Assembly: GCA_964548075.1 (NCBI GenBank)
Contig: CAZJQQ010000042.1
Location: forward strand, 92-64,091
Origin: an uncultured Clostridia bacterium
GTDB lineage: Bacteria > Acidobacteriota > Blastocatellia > UBA7656
Direction of reading: 5' to 3'
Length of the DNA stretch: 64,000 bases
Shown here: piece after piece, positions 19,309 to 31,293 of the stretch
Layout of the letters: the number at the start of each line of letters is the position of its first letter
Numbering within the stretch: the stretch's first letter is position 1
Translations under genes and position numbers: made by a program
Notes under the pieces: generated by a model
The model's database searches: none
Told to the model about the DNA's origin: nothing
What the model saw: the letters and a program-made list of their open reading frames with translations, nothing else

Positions 19309-20391
19309 TCATGCCTCGGCAATGACCCGCTGCACCGATGCGTCGCGAGCCGCGCGCAGGCGGTCGAATTCAACGGCCACCGCTTCGTCGTGCGCAATCG
19401 CTTCGTCGAGGTTAGTCTCGGCGAAATCCATCACGCCCATATCGACGAATGCCTTTTGAATCCGCGCTCCCCACAATCCGATGTCCTTCAACGTCGGCAC
19501 AATGCGGATGAACAGCTTGCGTCGGAACTCGGTCATCAGCGGTGACGCCAGCACGTGGCCTGTGCAGGCTTTGACGTCCATGCCCAGCCGCTCCCAGACT
19601 TCCTCCGACAGAAAGCGGTCGCGCATAAGGTAGCAGGCCTCCACCGCGAACTGTTCCCGCTCGTCGCGTTCTTTCTCGGTGAGCTGCGGATAATAATCGC
19701 GCAAGGCGATACGGCCAAACGCCACGTGACGCGCTTCGTCCTGCATCACGTAAGCGTTGATCGCCCGCCCGAGAGGCTCCGTCGCCATGTCGCGTATGAG
19801 ATTGAAGGCGGCAAGCGCGAGCCCTTCGATGATCACCTGCATCGCCAGATAAGTGACGTCCCACCTCGTGTCACTGATGCCCTGATCGAGCAGCGTCTTC
19901 AGCGGCGGGCTGATCGGATAAGCCATTTGCAGCTTTTCATGAAGATACCGCGAATAGACTTCAACGTGCCGAGCTTCGTCCATGACCTGAGTGGCCGCAT
20001 AGAATTTCGAATCGATGTCCGGAACGGTCTGAACGATCTTCGCCGTGCAGATCAAGGCGCCCTGCTCACCGTGCATGAACTGCGAAAACCGCCAGGCTTC
20101 ATAGTGGTGCTTTACGACGCCCTTCTCTTTGCGATCCATCTTGGCCCAGATGTCCGAACCCGACAGCGGAGAGTACTCATCAGGGAAGCCGAGCGGATCG
20201 TCGAAGTCCAGCTCGGCGGTCCAGTCTATGCGCGTGTTCGAGTTCCATTGGTTGTTCTTGCCCTTCTCATAAAGGGCCAAGAGCTTGTCCCGGCCCTCGT
20301 CGTATTCCCAATTGAAGATCGTCTCCGCGCCATAGCCGGGGATATGCCATTCCGTCTGTTCGACGGGAAGAGTGTAAACACGCGTGCTCAT
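19309..20391 (-). CDS. Ferritin-like di-iron oxygenase (AurF-like family)
   Basis: Two EARH motifs (MDEARHVEVYSRYL and QDEARHVAFGRIAL) with spacing typical of di-iron carboxylate proteins. Start reassigned to ATG 20391, preceded by GGAGG. Confidence 0.8.
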   Translation of the reverse strand: MSTRVYTLPVEQTEWHIPGYGAETIFNWEYDEGRDKLLALYEKGKNNQWNSNTRIDWTAELDFDDPLGFPDEYSPLSGSDIWAKMDRKEKGVVKHHYEAWRFSQFMHGEQGALICTAKIVQTVPDIDSKFYAATQVMDEARHVEVYSRYLHEKLQMAYPISPPLKTLLDQGISDTRWDVTYLAMQVIIEGLALAAFNLIRDMATEPLGRAINAYVMQDEARHVAFGRIALRDYYPQLTEKERDEREQFAVEACYLMRDRFLSEEVWERLGMDVKACTGHVLASPLMTEFRRKLFIRIVPTLKDIGLWGARIQKAFVDMGVMDFAETNLDEAIAHDEAVAVEFDRLRAARDASVQRVIAEA

Positions 20392-20477
20392 GAAATAGCC
20401 TCCGTGATTGCTGCAATGTCGGTAAGGTATCGCGACCGGCCGGTAGCGCTGACGCGCGTACTGCAATTCGAGACGAA

Positions 20478-20693
20478 TCACCTCAAGCTGGCCACCAGCT
20501 TGCGCTCGATCCGCGGAGGCAACTCGACTATCTCGAACCCGTTCGAGGTGTAGAGGTAATCCTCGCCGGATTCATCGATGATTCGGAGGTATCCCTCCGG
20601 GTCGTTAGCTTCCGGGGGAGCCACTATATAGAGCTTCCGAAGCTCCAACGCTGCTTCGTAGCCTTCATTGTCCAGGCAAATTGCGAAAGTCAT
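20478..20693 (-). CDS. Hypothetical small protein (71 aa)
   Basis: ORF MTFAICLDNEGYEAALELRKLY...RIIDESGEDYLY. It resembles a widespread uncharacterised family by recollection only. It lies 9 nt downstream of the 79-aa ORF. Confidence 0.5.
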   Translation of the reverse strand: MTFAICLDNEGYEAALELRKLYIVAPPEANDPEGYLRIIDESGEDYLYTSNGFEIVELPPRIERKLVASLR

Positions 20694-20702
20694 GAAATGA
20701 TC

Positions 20703-20942
20703 TCAGTTCAGTAGTCTCTTGATCTTTATTTCTTTCTTTCCGATCCCGTGCGCTTCGTACCAATGCAATTCTGCGAAACGAACCTCGCCGGTGAGCAACT
20801 CGACGTCCGCCGAGCCTTTCACCTTGCGCCAGCGCCGCCCACCGTAACGCCGCCTCAGTCGAGCAAGCTCTTTTATGCTACCAGAGACGGCCATGTTTTC
20901 AATGACCGTTATCGAAGAGACGATTCGTCGAAACTGAATCAT
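20703..20942 (-). CDS. Hypothetical small basic protein (79 aa)
   Basis: ORF with RRRYGGRRWRKVKG...ELHWYEAHGIGKKEIKIKR. It is adjacent to and co-oriented with the 71-aa ORF. Confidence 0.5.
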   Translation of the reverse strand: MIQFRRIVSSITVIENMAVSGSIKELARLRRRYGGRRWRKVKGSADVELLTGEVRFAELHWYEAHGIGKKEIKIKRLLN

Positions 20943-20982
20943 AGAACGGCAGCAAAGACCAAGGCGCCAACGAATCCTTCAA

Positions 20983-23067
20983 TCAACGCCCGGCCGAATC
21001 ACTCGGCAGCGCGAACACGATGATCGTCGCCGAACCCGGCGGCACTGCCCAGAACCCGTTGGCCGCGCCTGAGGCGACCGCAACGTACTGCTTGCCGTTG
21101 ATCGCGTACGTCATCACTCCACCGTTCATCCGCCCGCCCGTGTTGAACCGGTAAAGCACCTCGCCGGTCTTCGCGTCGAGCGCCATAAAGTCGCCCAGCA
21201 ACTCTCCGGTGAAAATCAGATTCGCCGAAGTAGTCGTCACTGCCGCGAGCATCGGCCTCGGTGATAAGTATTTCCATCGAACCGCGCCGGTCGAGGCGTC
21301 CACCGCAGTCAGCCAGCCTCGCGATTTGTCCGGCGGATCGGCGCGCACGCCGCCGCCCATGTAGAAAGCGCCTTCAACGTAGCGGGCGTCGGCAGCTTTG
21401 TTGAACGTGCCGCACCAATCGACCGCGTTGACGTAGAGCATGTTCGTGCCGGGGTTGAACGCCGGGCCGTTCCACTGCACCCCGCCCAGGACACCGGGAC
21501 AGGCGCGCAGCCCTTCCCGAGTCGGCGGCTTGTCTGTGTTCAACCGGGTTGTCACCGGAACCTCATAAACCTGCTCGTGCGTTTCTCGGTCGAGCACGTG
21601 TAGCAATCCATCCTTGCCCGACGTAGCAACGAGATTGCGGGTCTTGCCCGCTATCGTCGTCGAGAAAAGCGGGCTGACTTGCGTCGTGTCCCAATCGTGC
21701 TCGTCGTGAGGAACGAGTTGGTAGAACCAGTTGAGTTTGCCTGTGCGCGCATCGAGAGCGATCATCGAGCAGGTGTAAAAGTTCTTACCCGGGCGAGCTT
21801 CGCCGTAGAAGTCCGGCGCTGGATTAGCAACCGGGACATAGACAAGGCCCTGCGCTACATCGAGCGACAGCGGCGCCCACACGGCGCCCCCTCCTTTTAG
21901 CTTGGCGTCCGCCTTTTCCCACGTCTCCGAGCCTGGCTCGCCGTCATCGGGCACGGTGTTGAATCGCCAGACCGGCTCGCCGTTGGATAGCTTGAACGCG
22001 CCGACCCAGCCCTTAACCCCCAGTTCGCTTCCGGCTGGACCGATGATGATCAGGTCTTCGAAGACCACGGGCGCCATCGTGAATCCGCCTTCGTGTTTGG
22101 TCATGTCCACCAACGCGCGCTCCCACGCGATCTTGCCGGTTGCGGCGTCGATCGCAACGAGGTACCCGTCGTGAGTTCCTCGAATCACCAACCCGTCTTT
22201 GATGGCAACGCCGCGATTCAACCGCCAGCCTTCTTTGCCTTTTGGCCGGCGGTCGTTGCGCCATTTCACCTTCAATGTCGCCGCGTCCAGCGCGATCGTC
22301 GAGTCGTTAACGGTGATGTACATCAGCCCGCCCGACACGACCGGGTTTGTGTGAAAAGGGTTTGTGTCGACGGCTTGATACATTGCGACGGGTCTGAGCG
22401 AGGCGACGTTCTGGCGATTTATCTGCTTGAGATCGACGAATCGCTGTCCGCCGTAGTCGTGATTGGACATCAGCCAATCGGTCGCGCTTGCCGCCGCGTT
22501 CAACTCGGCTTGAGTCGGCTTGCCGTTCACGGGGCGAGCGGCATTGCTGACCGGTTCGGCTGACGTCGCGGCGGCGACGTCCACCTTGCTCGCGATGCTT
22601 CCTGGGCGGCCTTGAGGCGAAATCGTCGTCACTTTCAGCGAAGCCGAGTTTGCCGTCATCTCCTTGCTGCCGGCTCGATAGCCGTTGCTCTGAAGCACGA
22701 ATGCGACGACGTCGATGTACTGCTGGTTGGTGAGAGTGCCGGGTGCACCGTAGGGCATCTGTGTGCGAGTGACAAAATACAAATCGTCCACCGAGTGTTT
22801 GCCGTCCGCCCACTTGCTCGTGAAGCGAGGCCCGGCCAGCGGCGTGGACGTTGTACCCTCGAGACTCGGCCCGTGGCACGATGCGCAACTCTTAGCGTAG
22901 ATGGCGGCGCCCCTCGCAGCTTGAGTCGCGGTGAACAGGCCCTCGGCCTGGGCCACGCTGGCCGATGAGACGTCATCGGCCCATAACGACGCGTGGCAAA
23001 GCAAAAAGCCAAACACGGCAATCGAAAGGACGATGCGATAGTTCAAAGCAACGGCTGGAATCTTCAT
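20983..23067 (-). CDS. PQQ-type beta-propeller dehydrogenase with an N-terminal cytochrome c domain
   Basis: Signal peptide from ATG 23067 (GGAGG upstream). CASCHG heme-binding motif. A long propeller region with repeated W-containing blades (KWRNDRR, AWERAL, VWRFNT, NWFYQL, RWKYLS). Confidence 0.85.
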   Translation of the reverse strand: MKIPAVALNYRIVLSIAVFGFLLCHASLWADDVSSASVAQAEGLFTATQAARGAAIYAKSCASCHGPSLEGTTSTPLAGPRFTSKWADGKHSVDDLYFVTRTQMPYGAPGTLTNQQYIDVVAFVLQSNGYRAGSKEMTANSASLKVTTISPQGRPGSIASKVDVAAATSAEPVSNAARPVNGKPTQAELNAAASATDWLMSNHDYGGQRFVDLKQINRQNVASLRPVAMYQAVDTNPFHTNPVVSGGLMYITVNDSTIALDAATLKVKWRNDRRPKGKEGWRLNRGVAIKDGLVIRGTHDGYLVAIDAATGKIAWERALVDMTKHEGGFTMAPVVFEDLIIIGPAGSELGVKGWVGAFKLSNGEPVWRFNTVPDDGEPGSETWEKADAKLKGGGAVWAPLSLDVAQGLVYVPVANPAPDFYGEARPGKNFYTCSMIALDARTGKLNWFYQLVPHDEHDWDTTQVSPLFSTTIAGKTRNLVATSGKDGLLHVLDRETHEQVYEVPVTTRLNTDKPPTREGLRACPGVLGGVQWNGPAFNPGTNMLYVNAVDWCGTFNKAADARYVEGAFYMGGGVRADPPDKSRGWLTAVDASTGAVRWKYLSPRPMLAAVTTTSANLIFTGELLGDFMALDAKTGEVLYRFNTGGRMNGGVMTYAINGKQYVAVASGAANGFWAVPPGSATIIVFALPSDSAGR

Positions 23068-23122
23068 CTGACACCTCCAGCGGCTCGGCGCAGCATTTTC
23101 ATGGTTGAGAGGGTTCATACCT

Positions 23123-23250
23123 CCATTTTCCATTTTCCATTTGCCATTTTCCATTTGTCATTTGCCATTTGTCATTTGCTATTGCAGGCAAACGCGAGAC
23201 AACTAATAACAAATGACAAATCGCAAATGGAAAATGGAAAATGGAAAATC
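23123..23250. repeat. Heptamer-built palindrome (8 x CCATTTK-type units, 31-nt loop, 6 complementary units)
   Basis: Left arm: ccatttt ccatttt ccatttg ccatttt ccatttg tcatttg ccatttg tcatttg (23123-23178). Right arm: caaatga caaatcg caaatgg aaaatgg aaaatgg aaaatc (23210-23250). It lies between two co-oriented minus-strand genes. Confidence 0.85.
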
Positions 23251-23295
23251 TCTCCGCAATGCTCCTTCTGCGCTCAGATCGGAGCCCGCTTCGAC

Positions 23296-23691
23296 TCAGC
23301 GTCCGTACAGCCGCACTCGCGGCTGCCTCGATCCATAGTTCGCGCGTTCGTACCAAATCTCTACGCTCTCGACAGCGCGGTCTGCGCCTCTGAGGTCAAT
23401 GTCACGGGTCGAGCCGCCCGCGGGGATCTTCTGCCGGACCTGAACTTCTTCGTTGGTCCCGTTGGCATAGTGAACCACGACGTGGCGGAACTCGACGGGC
23501 GCGCGATCGACTTTGATTTGAAGAGCTCGGAACCGTCCTTCCTTGCTCCCGACCTTGATCCTGTCGTGGTCAGCCTTGCCATCGACGTGGGCCTCGCCCA
23601 GATAGGCCCAACCCTTCGCGTAAGAGGCCGGACCGAAGCTCAACAGCAACAGAATCGTAACGGCTACGGTGACTGCTTTTCTTGTTAGCAT
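23296..23691 (-). CDS. Hypothetical secreted protein (possibly DUF2541-like)
   Basis: 131 aa with signal peptide VTILLLLSFGPASYA. No catalytic motifs. The family call is a weak recollection. Confidence 0.6.
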   Translation of the reverse strand: MLTRKAVTVAVTILLLLSFGPASYAKGWAYLGEAHVDGKADHDRIKVGSKEGRFRALQIKVDRAPVEFRHVVVHYANGTNEEVQVRQKIPAGGSTRDIDLRGADRAVESVEIWYERANYGSRQPRVRLYGR

Positions 23692-23821
23692 TGATTCATC
23701 TCCCTTCCGGAATGAACTTGCGCGGAACTATACTATCGCAGTTGTTGATGGGCAAGCGGGTTCAGGCTCAGATTCGAGCTTGCGGCAAACGGAATACTGT
23801 TAGGGATTAGTAGCGCCGTAT

Positions 23822-24574
23822 ATGATCGTGCTTATTATGAGTTCCGCTTCGAAGCAGCGATATCTATCAATGATAGTCTTCTGGTTTTGGCTGGGACTGA
23901 GTGGCGCGGCGCTCTTTCACGGAGCGGTTCCGGTCTCCGCCCAAAGCAAAGAGGGTTGCATCAACTGCCATAGCCGGCTGCAGGACAAGGCGGGCCAGGT
24001 CGTGTCGATCTATCAAACCAGTACGCACAGCCGGATGAGCGTCGGGTGCGATGGTTGCCACGGCGGCGATTCATCGCAATCGGAAAAGAGCAAAGCTCAC
24101 GCCGGTCATTTCATTGCAAGGCCGGATGCGAGCGCCACGCTCGAGATGTGCGGCGCCTGTCATCGTCAGCCGTTCGAGTTTTTCAAGGACAGCCGTCACG
24201 TCGCGGCTCGGCCTAACGCTGCGCGGCTCGACTGCGCCGAATGTCACGGCGTACACGGCATCGGCGCGGCTTCGGAATCGTTCCGCTGGCCGCAGTTCTG
24301 CGCCGGCTGTCACGGGCTGGAGTATCTGCCGCAGTTGCCGCGTCCGTTTCAAGAGATCCTTACTCTTGCTGATGATCTGCGTGAGGGGATTCATCGTTTG
24401 GAAGTAAACGGCCGCGCGCAGGCGGATTTGATTCAGCGACGCAAAGAGATTCGTCACTTAATCTCAGAGTTGGTTCACCAGACCAATGCGAAGGGTGGTG
24501 TCGAACGCATCCCTCGCATTTTGGAATTAGGCGAGACCTTGAGGCAACGGATCGCGTCGGAAGAGAAACGGTAG
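23822..24574 (+). CDS. Multiheme c-type cytochrome (five CXXCH motifs)
   Basis: CINCH, CDGCH, CGACH, CAECH and CAGCH motifs, plus an N-terminal hydrophobic signal or anchor. Confidence 0.8.
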   Translation: MIVLIMSSASKQRYLSMIVFWFWLGLSGAALFHGAVPVSAQSKEGCINCHSRLQDKAGQVVSIYQTSTHSRMSVGCDGCHGGDSSQSEKSKAHAGHFIARPDASATLEMCGACHRQPFEFFKDSRHVAARPNAARLDCAECHGVHGIGAASESFRWPQFCAGCHGLEYLPQLPRPFQEILTLADDLREGIHRLEVNGRAQADLIQRRKEIRHLISELVHQTNAKGGVERIPRILELGETLRQRIASEEKR

Positions 24575-24809
24575 CAACGCCATTTTCTTTGCGATGCCGG
24601 CGGCAACGCAGGCGGGGCGCATCACACGATCGAGTATTGCCTAGGGATGCCAGGGGCAGCCCGTGGCGTCCCGAAGAGTCGCAGCGCGATCGTTGTAGCA
24701 GGTTTGCGTGAATCTCCGCGGGGGCGTCCCTCGGATTTTTCAGGCGGTTTCCGGCGGGCGTAACCTATGGCACATTCCGGCAAGATTCCGGCAAAATCAA
24801 GCCGCCGGC

Positions 24810-27896
<3,087 letters not shown>

Positions 27897-28088
27897 GCAA
27901 GCAACGGTGGCAGTGCAGTGCAGTTTCGATTCTCCGCGCGGCCAAGGGCACGCCGTAGGCTTGCGCCACGAGGCATAGACGCGGTAGCTTTCACCGTCAA
28001 CTAGGACATCGTTAAGATAAGCAGGCTCCGCTCTGCATTCCCATTTCTTTTAGCGATCGCTGACCGACTCAGCGGAAAGGAACAAACC

Positions 28089-29558
28089 ATGTGGACTCGC
28101 AAATGTTTCGCCGACGAAGATAAGCCCATTCAATCTCCCATACCAACCGAGATCTTTTCAAACGAAGAGTTCATCCCTCCGCCGCAGTCGCCCCAGCAGC
28201 AGCGCTGGGAAGCGCGGATCGTTGAAATGACGGATCAGTGCGCGAAGAAGCTCGGCCTTTCGCGTCGCAGCTTCCTGCAGACCACCGGCGGAATGGCCGT
28301 CGCGATGCTCGCCTACAATGAAGTCTTCGGCAAAACTTATGACGTGGACGCCGTCGAAGCGGTTGACCCGGCCGCCTACGCCGAGAAGTGGCCCAAGACC
28401 GAGTTCATCTTCGACAATCAGACTCATCACGTGGACGTCGAGAGCCGTTGGTTTGAAGCGACCGAAGCCGGCAAGCAAGCCGCCGACTTCCTGCGCAACT
28501 TCCGCCCGCAAGCAAGCTCAACCGCCGAGCGACTGGCGCTGCTCAATGAATCCCACTACATCAAAGAGATGTTCATGGACAGCGACACCACCATGGCGAT
28601 CATAAGCGGCGTTCCGACTGCCGAGTGGCGCGAGAACATTCTGCCGCCTGACAAAATGGTCAAGACCCGCAACGACATCAACCGGATGGCTGGCGGAACC
28701 CAGCGTATGATAAGCCACGGTCTGTTGCGCCCAAACATGGGCAAGTCCGAATTCGAGGAGATGGAGCGCCAGGCCAAGGTCCTCAAGATCAACTCGTGGA
28801 AGATGTACACCGGCTCGTTGATCGGCGACGGGCCGTTCTGGCTCGATGACGAGAAGGTGGCTTATCCCTTTTGGGAGCGCAGCCGCAAGCTTGGCATCAA
28901 GAACGTCTGCGTCCACAAAGGACTGCCGCTCGGCTTGTTCAACGAAGAGCATTGCCATCCGAAGGACGTTGAGAAAGTCGCGAAGGATTTTCCCGACATC
29001 AACTTCATCATCTATCACTCGGGTTTCAATCCCACGGCAGGAGGAGGGCGTCGCCGAGAAGGCGCCGAGGCCGGACCGCAGTACATTCCGTGGTGCTCGG
29101 AGCTGATCGACATCGTGAAGCGCAACAACCTGAAGAACGTATACTTCGAGGTGGGCAGCACCTGGAACATCCTGTCGGGGGGCTACGGCGGAGGCGACCA
29201 GCCTGCGATGCACTTCCTGGGGCAGGTCCTTAATCTCCCCGGCGGCGAAGATCACATCATCTGGGGCACCGACTCGATTTGGGGAGGCAGCCCGCAGCAG
29301 CAGATCGAGAAGCTGCGCCGATTCCAGATTCGTGACGATGTCGCCGAAAAGTACGGCTACAAGAAGCTCACCCCTGAAATCAAAGCGAAGATATTCGGGC
29401 TGAACGCCGCGCGGATTTACAAGATTGACGTGAAGGCCCAGCGCAAGGCGATTCAAGGAGACAAGATCGCCCAGATGCGCGAGGAGTATCAAGAGTCGCC
29501 GCGTCCGAGCAACACGCAGTTCGGCTGGGTCTGGCGCACACGCGGGCAAAGGGGCTAG
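28089..29558 (+). CDS. Amidohydrolase-family protein with a Tat-like signal
   Basis: SRRSFLQTTGGMAVAML about 50 aa from the annotated start. A TIM-barrel amidohydrolase-like HH...H...D pattern (NQTHHVD, CVHKG, IIYHSG, WGTDS). An internal ATG at 28227 is an alternative start. Confidence 0.75.
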   Translation: MWTRKCFADEDKPIQSPIPTEIFSNEEFIPPPQSPQQQRWEARIVEMTDQCAKKLGLSRRSFLQTTGGMAVAMLAYNEVFGKTYDVDAVEAVDPAAYAEKWPKTEFIFDNQTHHVDVESRWFEATEAGKQAADFLRNFRPQASSTAERLALLNESHYIKEMFMDSDTTMAIISGVPTAEWRENILPPDKMVKTRNDINRMAGGTQRMISHGLLRPNMGKSEFEEMERQAKVLKINSWKMYTGSLIGDGPFWLDDEKVAYPFWERSRKLGIKNVCVHKGLPLGLFNEEHCHPKDVEKVAKDFPDINFIIYHSGFNPTAGGGRRREGAEAGPQYIPWCSELIDIVKRNNLKNVYFEVGSTWNILSGGYGGGDQPAMHFLGQVLNLPGGEDHIIWGTDSIWGGSPQQQIEKLRRFQIRDDVAEKYGYKKLTPEIKAKIFGLNAARIYKIDVKAQRKAIQGDKIAQMREEYQESPRPSNTQFGWVWRTRGQRG

Positions 29559-29570
29559 TAGTCAGCCGTC

Positions 29571-29685
29571 CCTGGGAGCGCAGAGTTCGTAGTTCGGCCT
29601 TCAGGCGGAAGTTGGTATGCTAGTCCCCGGCGAGAGGGTACTAACTTCCGCCTGAAGGCCGAACTACGAACTCTGCGCTCCCAGG
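29571..29685. repeat. Perfect 43-bp inverted repeat with a 29-nt loop between convergent genes
   Basis: cctgggagcgcagagttcgtagttcggccttcaggcggaagtt (29571-29613) is the exact reverse complement of aacttccgcctgaaggccgaactacgaactctgcgctcccagg (29643-29685). Confidence 0.95.
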
Positions 29686-29704
29686 ACGCCTCTCACGTTG
29701 CAAT

Positions 29705-30943
29705 TCACACCAATAGACCTGATTTGCTCAAAGCGGCGAACGCCTCCCCGGTTACTTCAAGCGTTCGTGCGATATCCGCTTCCGTATGCGCCGCGCACAG
29801 AAACATGTTGTGCCAGGGGTGCAAGTACACTCCACGCTTAACAGCTTCAGAAGTCCAGAAGTTCCCTCGCGCGCGTTCGGGATCGTCGTCGAACAACATC
29901 ATCGGCATCTGAGCCGGGCCCGTTTGACGCAGCCCGATTCCGTGTGACTTCGCCTGAGCCGCGAGTCCCTCGCGAAGCTTCTCCCCGAGTCGCCGAATGT
30001 ACTCGACTACGCCGTCGCGCTTCGCGATCTCAAGTGTCGCGAGCGACGCCGCCATCGGCACAGCGGCAAACCAGAACGAGCCCGTTCCGTAGACGCGCCG
30101 CCCAGCATCGCGAAGCGGCTCGCTGCCCGCCACTGCCGACAGCGGATAGCCGTTGGCGATCGCCTTACCCCACGCCGACAAATCCGGACGCACACCCAGC
30201 ACTTCCCAACTGCATCCGCGCGCGAGCCGCAATCCCGTGCGCACTTCGTCGAGAATCAAAACAGCCGATGTCTGATCACACAACTCTCGTGCGCGGCGCG
30301 CGAAGGTGGGATCGGGCAGCTCCAGATCACGGAAGGCGTCGTGGCGCAGGGGTGAAACGAGAATAGCCGCGAGGTCTTCACCCGCTGACTCAGCCGCAGC
30401 ATCGAGGCTCGCGACGTCGTTGTACTGGTAAAGGATTTGATGCTCGCGATCCTCGGGAAGCACTCCGTCGGGCCTGGGTGTGCACCACGGCGACGACCCG
30501 TGATACGCGCCCCGCGCCCTGAGCACTTTTCGCTTTCCGGTGTGAGCTCGCGCGATGGTCACGCACCAGGTGGTCGCGTCGGTTCCGTTTTTGCAGAAGA
30601 GAACCCATGCAGCGTGCTCGACCAGATCCACGAAGCGCTCGGCGAGTTCGACCAGGCATATCGCAGGACCCGTCATGCAGTCTCCGCGCGCCGCCTGTTC
30701 CGCCGCCGCCCGTTCAACTTCGGGATGGCGGTAGCCAAGCAGATTTGGCCCAAAGCCACAGACGTAGTCGATGTACTCATTGCCGTCACTGTCCCACAAC
30801 CGGCATCCTTCGGCTCGAGTGAAGTACTGCGGAAAACTCTCCGGGAGCGACGCGGCGTTCTGATGGCCGTACATTCCCCCCGGAATCACCTTCGCGGCCC
30901 GGTCTCTCAACTCGCGATCACTAGCCTGCATTCGATTAGACAT
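29705..30943 (-). CDS. Class-III PLP-dependent aminotransferase (glutamate-1-semialdehyde aminomutase-like)
   Basis: VIPGGMY near the N-terminus, ILDEVRTG, and the PLP-lysine context DLSAWGKAIANGYPLSAV. Start reassigned to ATG 30943, preceded by GAAGGAAGGA. Confidence 0.85.
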   Translation of the reverse strand: MSNRMQASDRELRDRAAKVIPGGMYGHQNAASLPESFPQYFTRAEGCRLWDSDGNEYIDYVCGFGPNLLGYRHPEVERAAAEQAARGDCMTGPAICLVELAERFVDLVEHAAWVLFCKNGTDATTWCVTIARAHTGKRKVLRARGAYHGSSPWCTPRPDGVLPEDREHQILYQYNDVASLDAAAESAGEDLAAILVSPLRHDAFRDLELPDPTFARRARELCDQTSAVLILDEVRTGLRLARGCSWEVLGVRPDLSAWGKAIANGYPLSAVAGSEPLRDAGRRVYGTGSFWFAAVPMAASLATLEIAKRDGVVEYIRRLGEKLREGLAAQAKSHGIGLRQTGPAQMPMMLFDDDPERARGNFWTSEAVKRGVYLHPWHNMFLCAAHTEADIARTLEVTGEAFAALSKSGLLV

Positions 30944-31063
30944 TGAGTCCTTCCTTCGTTGCTGGCGCATGATGTCAACCCGATCTTGAAGTCGCAAGCC
31001 AGCCACCCACAGGGATCCAGTGACTTGTACCGGGCATTTCGCTAGCGATCAGATCGGTTCAGA

Positions 31064-31182
31064 AAATCCGTGCTAGTCCGTCGAATCCGTTTCATCGGTG
31101 GTCTATGGTTCGGAGAAGAATCGCCACGGTAGTGTCGATAGACCATCACGGATGACACTGATCCGACGGATTTACGCGGATA
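31064..31182. repeat. Long imperfect inverted repeat (REP-like) in the aminotransferase/sirtuin intergenic region
   Basis: aatccgtgctagtccgtcgaatccgtttcatcggtggtctat faces atagaccatcacggatgacactgatccgacggatttacgcggat. The arms align with mismatches and short indels. Confidence 0.4.
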
Positions 31183-31293
31183 CAACATCTTCACTCGCGA
31201 AGATGTTTCAGAAGCCTGTCGCCTCTGATATTCTTCACAACCACATCCGACACGCGTGAGAACAACAGGAACCGACGCGGCTTCCAAGCACAG

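Noticed and set aside
19555-20553. A 332-aa plus-strand ORF.
   Set aside because: It is fully antisense to the di-iron oxygenase gene, which has clear EARH motifs. This is typical shadow ORF behaviour in GC-rich DNA.
23068-23154. N-terminal extension MENGKWKMENGGMNPLNHENAAPSRWRCQ of the PQQ dehydrogenase ORF.
   Set aside because: It is produced by reading into the heptamer palindrome. A proper signal peptide starts at ATG 23067 with GGAGG upstream.
23123-23250. Possible CRISPR array or minisatellite, because of the short tandem repeats.
   Set aside because: The units are 7 nt with no spacers. The second half is the complement of the first, so this is a palindrome and not a CRISPR array.
28518-29549. 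A 343-aa minus-strand ORF.
   Set aside because: It is antisense to the amidohydrolase gene, has no motifs, and has an Arg/Leu/Val-rich shadow composition.
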